Assembly: GCF_001194135.2 (NCBI RefSeq)
Contig: NC_068993.1
Coordinates: 17,313,629-17,348,514, forward strand
Source: Octopus bimaculoides
Lineage: Eukaryota
Length of the DNA stretch: 34,886 bases
Reading direction: 5' to 3'
The notes beneath the pieces were generated by a model that was not told where the DNA came from, ran no database searches, and worked only from the letters and a program-made list of their open reading frames with translations. The translations under genes were made by a program, and so were the position numbers. Of the stretch, positions 1 through 11,100 are shown in pieces; the first letter of the stretch is position 1; each line of letters starts with the position of its first letter.

Positions 1-234
1 GGCACATAAAAGACACCATTTCGAGCGTGGCCGTTTTCGTGCGGGTGACACGTAAAAGCACCCACTACACTCTCTGAGTGGTTGGCGTTAGGAAGGGCAT
101 CCAGCTGTAGAAACTCTGCCAAATCAGACTGGAGCCTGGTGTTGCCATCCGGTTTCACCAGTCCTCAGTCAAATCGTCCAACCCATGCTAGCATGGAAAG
201 CGGACGTTAAACGATGATGATGATGATGATGATG
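1..234 (+). mobile_element. SINE/LINE-tail family A ((GAT)n-tailed), truncated by the window start
   Basis: Near-identical to 12432-12689; ends ccatgctagcatggaaagcggacgttaaac(gat)7. Confidence 0.85.
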
Positions 235-946
235 TATACATACATACATACATGTGTGTGTGTGAGTGTATTTGTGTGTGTACACACATGTAAATATATA
301 ATGATATAATTCAACATGACCTTCCTTTTTTTCAAGACAGGCAAATGTGATTTGAGGGTGGTTTCCACATTAGGTTGGTATCTAGTTAGTTGCTGGAACT
401 TTTGATATAATGACAAAACCTGTTTTTATTCGGTATATAATTTGAGTGAATTGATTGAGAGTTTATTAGAAATGTTATAACAAAGAAAGGCATGTATATG
501 TATAGTGTTAAATGTTAGTGTTTCTATGTGTGTGTGTGTGTGTTAGTAAGAGCATATATGTCAGAAATAAGCATGTGCCTATGTAAATATTTCCATGTAG
601 TATGTTTCATCTCTCTCTCTCTCTCTCTCTCTCTATACCAGTGTATGTTTGTGTATGACTGTGTGTGTGCGTATGTATGTATGTATGTATGTGTGTGTGT
701 GTTTGATTGGAAAAATTTTAACAGAAAACCATTGTATTCTTGTAGTACTTAAGTGAACAAAAATCAAACCAAATTATTAAAAATGGGAACATGTTTGAAA
801 TTATCAACAAGAAATTAAACTACAAACAACAAAGTTATTTTGGTAAAAATATGCTTAATTGTTAGAAGTTTGTTTTTAAAATAATCTGAAGTGTATATGT
901 GGATTTCTTTTTATATAGAGCACCATTATTTTATTGCATGTAAAAC

Positions 947-1310
947 GTGCCGGTGGCACATAAAAAGCACCATTTGAGCGCAATCGTTTCCAGTTTCGCC
1001 TTATTGGCACTTGTGCCGGTGGCATGTGAACAAAACATTGGACTGACTCCTGTGCAGGTGGCATGTAAAAAAAAACACCATTTGAGCATGGCTGTTGCCA
1101 GTACCGCCTGAATGGCCCTCGTGCCGGTGGCACGTAAAAAGTACCTACTACACTCTTGGAGTGGTTGGCGTTAGGAAGGGCATCCAGCCGTAGAAAACTC
1201 TACCAGATCAGATTGGAGTCTGGTGTAACCATCTGGTTCGCCAGTCCCCAGTCAAATTGTCCAACCCATGCTAGCATGGAAAGCGGACGTTAAATGATGA
1301 TGATGATGAT
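947..1310 (+). mobile_element. Family A copy with four internal GTGCCGGTGGCA units
   Basis: Same body and (GAT)n tail as 1-234; internal units at 947, 1013, 1052 and 1121. Confidence 0.85.
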
Positions 1311-2114
1311 ACAAAAACCAGATTAAAAATCCAAATCCAAAACTGAAGAAAACACAAACATGAGTGAAGAAAAAAAAGAAATGAAGAAAAAGAGGAAGAA
1401 GGAAAGAAAGAAAAATCCAATTCAACAACGAGTGCCTCAGTTGATCGCACAGCACAAGGTTCAACAAAACTTACTGAAGCAAGCCAACATGCCCGCGGCA
1501 TTACCTTGGACAGTGGTGAGGCCAAGGCACTGGAATAGTCAACCACATTCATGGGCATCACCTGGCACCTCAGTAAGGTGAGCTGCCAATGATGACAAAA
1601 CTTTGCTGTTAATGACCCAACTCCTCCAAACATCTCTAACGTGGCGTTAGGTTGGAAGAAATGGTTCACTGACAAGTCCCAATACTTAAGGATTTTGTTC
1701 TGTTCGGCTACAGAAGCAGTGACCCTCCTGTAAAAGAAAATTCATATTTGTTAATGACCAATACTATTTCTATTTGGGCCTCCTTATGTTTTGATTTTAA
1801 ATCCTTCTGCAGTTAACTTCACTTTTTATCCTTCAGACTCAATTAAATGAAGTAGCAGTCCAGAACTGAGGTCAATTTTAATTTTCTGTCATAATTTGAT
1901 TCTCATGTTTTGATGTATCATGGCAACAATTCCCAAATTTATTTTGATGCAGAATGCATATATGTTCTTCAAAAACATCACTGAACCCATACATATATTT
2001 GTAAACATCTGCCATTGAAATACTACTACTACTACTACTACTACTACTCAAATTTTAATAAGACACTAAATGAAAGCAGAGAGAAAATTTGTTCATATAA
2101 CAATCAAATCCTAT

Positions 2115-2329
2115 TAATAATTCTTTTTAAATTTGGCACAAGGCCGGCAACTTTGATGGGGTAGTCAATCACATCAGCTGCTGTTGAACTGGTACTTATT
2201 TTATCAACCCCAGAAAGATTGAAACAAAGTTGACTTCTGCAGCATTTGAACTGAGAATGTAACATGCCAGAATAAATACTGCTTAGCACTTTTGTCTGGT
2301 GCAGTAATGATTCTGCCAGTTCACCACCT
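2115..2329 (-). mobile_element. tRNA-headed SINE family C (Meta/MESC-like core), diverged
   Basis: Reverse-complement similarity to 3015-3231 (ctttcatcctt..ggttgataaaataagtaccagt). Confidence 0.7.
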
Positions 2330-2348
2330 TCATGATGATGATGATGAT

Positions 2349-2412
2349 ATAAAATATGTATATATATATGTATATATATATATATATGTATATATATATG
2401 TATATATATATG

Positions 2413-2506
<94 letters not shown>
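2349..2506. repeat. Compound (TA)n/(TATG) microsatellite following a (GAT)n run
   Basis: Directly visible. Confidence 0.95.
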
Positions 2507-2509
<3 letters not shown>

Positions 2510-3014
2510 ACCATCTACTCAGGGAAACTAATACTGTTTGATAATGATGGGCCAGTAACCAAAAGACTAAAATAATCAATAACTTTTGATGAATTAGATG
2601 AATATTGTAATAACCCTATTTTATCTGTATATTCAGGTCAGAATTTCACACCATAAAAACTGTGTTAAATATATTTGCAAGCTCAAAAATTTAGTGAGTA
2701 CCTTGGAGAGCTTTTAATAAAAAACTAGTAAGAGTAACCAACAAATAAAAACCAGTTAAGTACAGGATTAAATACCTTGTGGTATTTAATCCTGTGCTGA
2801 ATTCAAATCCTGACAATATCAACTCTGCCTTTCATCTTTGCATCGTTAATAAAACATATACCAGTAATATACAGAGTCGGTGAGTTGACTACACAAATGC
2901 ATACGCGCGCGCGCGCGCACACACACACACACAAATAAATGTACCTGACTTAAAGAATTAAAACTATTTCCAGAAGTAGGGAAAGAGAGGTGCTATTATT
3001 TGGTATAAGAAAAA

Positions 3015-3231
3015 GGCGGCGAGCTGGAAGAATCGTTAGCATGCCGGGCGAAATGCTTAGCGGTATTTCGTCCGTCTTTACTTTCTGAGTTCAAATTCCG
3101 CCGAGGTCGACTTTGCCTTTCATCCTTTCGAGGTTGATTAAATAAGTACCAGTTACGCACTGGGTCGATGTAATCGACTTTAATCTCATCCCCAAAATTT
3201 GAGGTCTTGTGCTTCCAGTATAAAGGTTATT
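3015..3231 (+). mobile_element. tRNA-headed SINE family C, CpG-intact copy ending ~215 bp upstream of the COA7 ATG
   Basis: B-box gagttcaaattcc; core gactttgcctttcatcctttcgaggttgattaaataagtacc; homologous copies at 2115, 9068 and 21357. Confidence 0.8.
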
Positions 3232-3445
3232 TGGTATAGGAATGCAAGAGAAGAGAAATAGTTTCATTTTCGGTTAGAGAGAGAGTGAGAGGTAAATGTA
3301 ACTGTTTGTAAATAGATAGAAAGAAAGAGAAATAGAAAGACCGAGAGGGGTTGAAGGTAAATTAAGGGAAATAACTCCACTTAGCTTATGAACAAGCGAA
3401 TGAACGAAAGGAAGGGAGTGAGGGCGAAGAAAAACATTTGTGGCG

Positions 3446-3545
3446 ATGAATTACGACCTAAAGGACGAGGAACAGGCGAAAGCTTATTTGGAAAGAGTGG
3501 GAGTTGAATATAGATTTCAATGCTTCCACGAAAAATCTCCAGAAG
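3446..3545 (+). CDS. COA7: COA7 exon 1 (coding part, 100 nt)
   Basis: ATG at 3446 (gcgATG), 33 codons + 1 nt, donor AAG|GTATAT at 3546. Confidence 0.93.
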
Positions 3546-4474
3546 GTATATAAAAACTCATTGACCATCAAACTATCATTGATTTGTTCTGTTATGTTTC
3601 TTTCATGTGAGTTTATTTTTCGAAGATTTAAGATTTCAATGTTTTCTTGAAATCTTTTTGAAACTCCCTTTCAGTTTATGTTAACAAATATAGTTTTAAT
3701 AATCCTCTAACTTTTACCTATTTAGATTTTATCCGTCCTAGCGTTGCATAAACGGACAGAATGTCTAGAAATAAAGTGAGAGTATTGATTCTTGGAACAG
3801 GTACTTCACTAGAAATATATCTTGTGTTTAATTTGTGTCAAGTATAACAGCTTTACCGGTGACTTTTAGACGGGATGTTTTTGTCCTTAGTAACTTTCAC
3901 CTTCGCATGTTAATGATTTTAAACGCATGGTTGTGTGAATGTGAGTGACAATGTGTATGTGTGCATAAAGTTCTCTGCCACATGGTAGTCTAAGAAAACA
4001 TATAGCATTGAAGTTTGCAGCATGTGAGTGACATGTGAAGAAATATTAACCGTACCTACCCCAAACACTTCATACACAGAGAAAAAGAAAACCACTCGTA
4101 ATGTAAATAGACGATTAAAATTGATGATCAACTCTTATGGTATATAGTATGAAGCAAACTAAATTTTAAAATTTCATGATGTTTCTTTACTTTTCAAAGT
4201 TAAATCTTGGATAGAGCAGCAAGAGAGAGAGAGAGAAGGACATTGATGACTAAGATTGATGGAAAGGTTAAGTGGTTGAAACAGTTGACCTTTGCAATAA
4301 AAATAAATTGTAACTTAAAAATAAATTATAAAATATTAGAAACTGGAGTCCCTTCCCACCATCACCAGAAGCCCCCTTGATATCCAAATATACAAACAAA
4401 CTAAAAAAGTATGGGTACATTAAACATAACGTATCCAATTAGAAAACTTATATATCCTTTCTATCGTACGAGCA

Positions 4475-4538
<64 letters not shown>

Positions 4539-5068
4539 TGTGTGTGTGGTACAATCCATGTCTTGTGAATGATTACGTAAGTTATACAACTACTTTTTGT
4601 TGATGTCATTCAAACAAAACTTAGGATGGAATAGTAGAATGTATTACATAATAATCGCTATCTCTTATGTAAACTTTAAGGAGTCGTTGCGGTGATATTG
4701 TTATGAAAATAATTTGTGTCTTTCGACAAGATCAATTAAGCTCCTCGTTGCTAGGTTGCTTAATCCCTTGATATTTTTTATAACGATGATCTGGAACTAG
4801 CACGAATCCAATTTATTACCTATAGAGATTACAAACAGTGAAAATCAAATGTTTAGGCCTATGTCTTCTGTGAGGGAACGGATTAAAAAGCATTTCTTCG
4901 GTTGTGACCATTTCGTCGCTTTTGTTTTTCCGATAGAAAACATTGCGATCATCATCATCATCATCATAATATANNNNNNNNNNNNNNNNNNNNNNNNNNN
5001 NNNNNNNNNNNNNNNNNNNNNNNNNNNNNNNNNNNNNNNNNNNNNNNNNNNNNNNNNNNNNNNNNNNN

Positions 5069-5122
<54 letters not shown>

Positions 5123-8100
5123 TATTTGCGCTTCTCAACCACATAGCTTCGGGTTCAGTCTCCCTGCATGGCACCTGCGGCGGGTATCATCTGCTGAGGT
5201 TTCGGGCCTACCGAGGTCTTGTGAGAAAATTTGATACACACACACACACACGTGTGTGTGTTTGTGTGAAGGGAGTGATGAATGTGTGTATTTGTGTGTT
5301 GCCTTGACATCGCATGATAGTTGTAAACGAGCGTCACTGCCATACAAACAGGTCTTCCCTTAACAGTCTTGTTTGAAAACATATCCGGCCATGGGGAAAT
5401 GTTAACTTGGAAACAGGTAAGGGTTGACAAAAAGGGTATCTAGATGTAGAAAATCTGGCTCATGCCAGATTTCGCCTGCCCCATGTGAACATGGAACAGG
5501 ATGATGACACGAAGATGAGGATGATGATGGTATCTTGTTTCATCATCATCATCGTTTAACGTCCGCTTTCCATGCTAGCATGGGTTGGACGATTTGACTG
5601 AGGACTGGCGAACCAGATGGCTACACCAGGCTCCAATCTGATTTGGCAGAGTTTCTACAGCTGGATGCCCTTCCTAACACCAACCACTCCGAGAATGTAA
5701 TGGGAGCTTTTGTGTGCCACTGGCATGAAGGCCATTCAGGCGGTACTGGCAACGGCCATGCTCAAAATGGTGTATTTTACGTGCCAGCGGCACTGGCAAC
5801 GACCTCGCTCGAATGTCTTTTCATGTGCCACCGGCACAAGTGCTAGGAAGGTAACACTGGTAACGATCATGCTCCACATCTTGCCAGCTTTGGTCAAATT
5901 GTTAAATTATCCAACCCATACCAGTATGGACAACAGACATTAAATGATGGAAAGAAAGAACAACTTATAAGCACCGTGTGTGTTGTTGGTATTCTACAGA
6001 AAGTAAAGGAATTCATGAATGCTGGAAGGCTGTGAAGACAGCTTAGAAAATTGGGTAAATACCTTTTAAAAGATGGTAAAAGTGGCCAGCAAGCCTCCAC
6101 AGGGAATTGAACCCTGCACTTCTCAAATTTCAGCTGAACCATTAAGCTAAGAAACCACTGACAATAAATATCATCTTTTTATAGTGCTCAGTAATACCTT
6201 CTGGAATGTGGGAGCATGCATGTGTATGTGTATATTTGTTGCAAATATAATCTAAATTAATTAGAATTTCTACATAATGCTAACATTATCTGCCTAAGCC
6301 CTCTGCTCCCCATGGAGCATAGACTTTTCTCCACTGCACTCAACTCTCGGCTGTCTTTCCTCACGTTTTGTTGGTTTACAATTGTCATCAATACTTTTTC
6401 TCAGTCTAGATGTCCATATTAGTCTGGCTTTTATCCTTTGACCTGTTCTGCATAAGAGGCTCCACCAAGAGCTTACACTCCACTGGCATAGCTCTCAACA
6501 TTATTGAGGCACATAAGCCACCACTTTGCAATAAAGACTGGATCTTGTGGTGGATTATGTTGACTTGTATTTTACTAATCTATAGATTTGGCTCAGTGGT
6601 TAGAGCATTGGGCTCACAGTTCGGTTCCTGGACTGGGGTGTGTGTTGTGTTCTTGAGCAAGACACTTTATTTCACATCGCACCAGCTCACTCAGCTGTAG
6701 AAATTAGTTGTAATGTCACTAATGCTAAGCTGTTTTTGCCTTTGCCTTCCCTTTGGATAATATCAATGGTGTGGAGAGAGGAAACTGGTATGATGGGCGA
6801 CTGCTGGTCTTCCATAAAACAACCTTGCCTGGACTTGTACCTCAGAGGGTAACTTTCTAGGTGCAATCCCATGGTCATTCATAACCAAAGGAGATCTTCA
6901 CCCTTTACCCTATAGATTGCAGCCAAAAGCCTCCTTGCCTAGGTTAACTGGAACTAAAAGAGCATCACCAAAAATTACTCCATTTCCTATTCTCTTTGAG
7001 TACAAGGTAGACTTAGCATACATGTAACCATTCAGCAAACTTTCTGGTAGTGGGATGAACTATGCAGTGTGAGAGATGTGGGATCAATTAGACTGGCCTT
7101 CTAAAACGTGGTTCTCAACCAATGTCCATATAGCCCTTGGGGGCCACATGTAAGATTTTGTTGTTAAAGTTTATGCGCAATAAATTGCTTATACACAAAA
7201 TATTTTAACAATATATTAAATACAATTCCTAATTATATTCAATTCTAAAAGTATAATAGGATTTTTTAAACACTGAGTGGCTATGAGGATCCAGTAGAGT
7301 GAAATAGGAATCAAAGAGTTCCACAGGTAAAAATTGGTTGAAAACCGCTGTTGTAAAGGGTTGCTAGTTGGTATAGAGTTACTTATGTAGCTTCCTTTTT
7401 TACTCATTTGATGGAGGAGGGATCAGGCTGTTACTGTGTAGTAGTTCATTATCTGGTGGAAAGTGTGTGGAGAAAGTCACACAGCCAAGGCATCGATGTG
7501 TGAACTTAATTGTTCTTGGGGTTGTAATAGAAGTACAATATTATGATTTGAGTTAATACCATTCAGCAAACTTTCTGGTAGTGGAACGAACTATGCAGTG
7601 TGAGAGATGTGGGACATCATTTGGAAAGCCATTGTAATCTGGACTTAAGCTAGTAATTTCTGGATCAATTAGACTAGATACTGATTTAGTATGGGCCAAA
7701 AACTGAAGTGCAATTGTGCCAGTGTGTACTTTGTTTTTCATGGTTAAGCATTTTTCTTTATTGATCATGAGCTGGTCTAATGGCAGGTAGCCTCGAACCA
7801 CATCCAGTCAAGTTAAGTGTTTGTTGGGATGTTTGACTGGTTGGTACATCTATCAAACTTGAAAGTAGGTATCCCAGAATGAGCTCTGCAGGGACAGGAC
7901 AAACTTAATATAAGGTTGTAACTGCTTAACCCATTACCTCCCATAATTCGATTAACTGGAATTTTTTTATGAAACTTTGATTTCTAGCATAAAACAGCCT
8001 AAGAAACACGCTGGAATGGTCAAAATAACATTTCAAAGTAACATTTTAAATAGAAATAAGCGAGATATTGGGTGAAAAATTAGCAAACCTCATTTGAATA

Positions 8101-11100
8101 TCAGAGAAATATACCTAGTAGATATAACAAAAAGGTTAGATATGTGTAAATATTGACAGATAATTACGAAATTTGTAATTTTTAAGTGATCTCATATGCG
8201 ATCACTGGTAGGTAATGTGTTAAGCAGAAAGACAACAACATAGTGAAGACAACAGATTACATTTCAATCATTTTAACGCCCACTTTTGCAATCTTCTATG
8301 GGTCAGTCAGAATTTTGTCAAGGCAAATTTTCTACAGCCAGATGCCCTTCTTGACATCAACCCTCAACTATTTCCAAGCAACATAATATTTCACATGGCC
8401 AGACAGGTTTTTCTGTGGAAAACTGGAAAATGAAAACAAGAAAAATAAAATTCATTCTTTCTTAAATTTAATGGTCTTTCTGAGAGCTACGTTCACCAAT
8501 AAAATTTCATTCATTGTTTAATGTAGTAGATTTTAATTTTGCTTTAGAAAAATATTAACTATATGTATATAAATTCATGACATGGTTAGTGTTCTTGGGA
8601 AAAGCATCTACTTTTGTTTGTTTTATGTCTGTTTTTTCATGCTAGTATGGGTGGAATGAATATGTTATTGAAGCATTGTTTTACTGCTGAATGCCTTTCC
8701 TGTTTTACAAGTAAGGAGCCTCTTATTTCACAAGGCTTCAGAGGCACAAAGGGAGCAAACAAGTTATTGACAGAAGTGCCAATAACAATACAACTCAGTC
8801 ATGGTAACCTTTGAATAAACAAGCACAAAATATAAACAAACATATATGTATCTCTCTGTCTCTCACTATATATATATATTTTTCTTTTCTGTTACTCTTT
8901 TACTTGCTTCAGTCATTTGATTGCGGCCATGCTGGAGCACCGCCTTTACTTGAACAAATCGACCTCAGGACTTATTCTTTGTAAGCCTAGTACTTATTCT
9001 ATCGGTTCTTTTGTCGAACCGCTAAGTTTCAACGACATAAACACACCAACATCGGTTATCAAGTGTTTTGAGTTCAAATGCCACCAGAGTTGACTTTGCC
9101 CTTCATCCTTTCAAGATCAATAAAATATATACCAGTTGAGCACTGGAGTCAGTGTAATCAACTTACTCCCTCCCCTCAAATTGCTGGACTTGTGTAAAAA
9201 TTATAAAACCATTATTATCTTCTTCCTTCCTCTCATCCATTTTGGAGGCTCTGCAAAAGCTTAGGGCTACCGCACTTCCTTCACTGGCCAAGAAATATTT
9301 AAAACAAAGTCGGTTTCATCTATCACCATTTTTTATGCACATTGAGATGCAGCAATGTCTGTGTGGTTAAGGAGCTTGCTCCCCAACCATGAGGTCTTCT
9401 GTTCAGTCCTACTACATGGAACCTTGGGCAAGTGTTATCTACTATAATCATGGGTTGACCAAAGCCTTGTGAGTGGGTTTCGTAAACAGAAACTGAAACA
9501 AACCTGTTGTATACATTTATGTATGTGTATACCTTTGTCCTGATATCACATCATAGTTGTAAATGAGCATCACTGTCAACAAGTGAGGTTGTTTGTTTCC
9601 AGTCTTCTGCAGAAAAACCTATCTGACCATGTAAAATATTACGTTGCTTGGAAACAGTTGAGGGTTGGTGTCAGAAAGAGCATCTGGCTGTAGAAAATTT
9701 GCCTTGACAAAATTCTGACTGACCCATACAAGCATGCAAAAGTGGACATTAAAATGATTGAAATGTAATCTCTTGTCTTCATTGTATTGTCTTCCTTTTC
9801 CAACTTAAGCACTTACAGCATCATATTAAGTTTTATTATCCATTCATAGATTGACCATTTTGTAAGGCACAGTAAAATACAAAAGGTAAAGTGCTGTTTT
9901 AGTAGCAGTAACTTACTGTCTCTTTCTTCCTTATTGTAGGCTGCCACAGACTGGCTGATTATTTTGAATCTGTGAAAAAAGAAAATGAACGAGCAGCAAA
10001 AATGTACAAATCAACCTGTGATGACTATCACTATGGTCATAGTTGTTATAAATATGGGAATTACAGAACTGTAGGACAAGGTAGGTAGTTCTTATTGGTT
10101 ACCTTACGTCTTTCATTTCATTAATTATAACTATCTGTTCGTTTATTTTTGTATGACCTCAATTGTTCTGATATGCATGACCTTGCATCCTTTATTAACT
10201 ATTCTCATGAATGCTGCACAACTGCAGTAAGATTTATTTTATATTATACTGCTGATTATACTAGCTTCTCAGAATTTGTCTGTTTCTCTCTCTCTCTCTC
10301 TAAATAGATAGACAGATAGATAGATATAGGAGAATTTGTTTTGGGGCTTGAAAATATACCTGATTCTGAAAAACGTGTAGTCATTTTTAAATAGATTTAT
10401 TCACATACCAAACTTGTGACAATTTTTTGCTTATCAATGGTACAAATATGTATTAAAAAAAAAAGGAGTAAAAGAGAGTAATAGGTGCAGGTGTGGCTGT
10501 ATGGTAAGAAGCTTGTTTCCCAACCACATGCTTCTGGGTTCAGTCTTCTACTATAGTCTCAGGCCAACCAAAGCTTTGCAAGTGGATTTGGTAGATGGAA
10601 ACTGAAAGAAGCCAGCATCGAGGTTGTGAGTTTGATTCCCAGACTGGGCTGCATGTTGTGTTCTTGAGCAAGACACTTTATTTCACGTTGCTCCAGTTCA
10701 CTCAGCTGTAGAAATGAGTTGTGACGCCACTGGTGCCAAGTTGTATCAGCCTTTGCCTTGGATAACATTGGTGGCATGGAGAAGGGAGGCTGGTGTGCAT
10801 GGGCAACTGCTGGTCTTCCATAAAACAACCTTGCCTGGACTTGTGCCTTGGAGGGTAACTTTCTAGATGCAATCCCATTGTCATTCATGACCAAAGGGGG
10901 TCACCCTCACCCTTTATGTGTGTGTGTGTGCATCTTTGTCGCCCACCACTGCTTGACAACTGATGCTGATGTCCCCATAACTTAGTGGTTTGACAAAAGA
11001 GACCAATAGAATAAACACTAGGCTTAAAGTAATAAGTACTAGGGTCAATTCATTCGACTAAAAATTCTCCAAGGTGGTGCCCCAGCAAGGCCACAGTCTA

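Noticed and set aside
145-170. CTGAGGA...GAAAC on the minus strand of family A as a hammerhead
   Set aside because: No stem II can form between the motifs and there is no stem I partner. Other CTGANGA hits checked (e.g. 13487, 28228) also lack stems.
2104-2579. (IY)n, (VC)n and (HT)n ORFs here and at 207-752, 22660-22994 and 27206-27512
   Set aside because: They are translations of dinucleotide microsatellites.
6290-6560. Possible internally deleted RTE derivative on the minus strand
   Set aside because: The resemblance is from memory only; there is no second copy or peptide motif in the window to support it.
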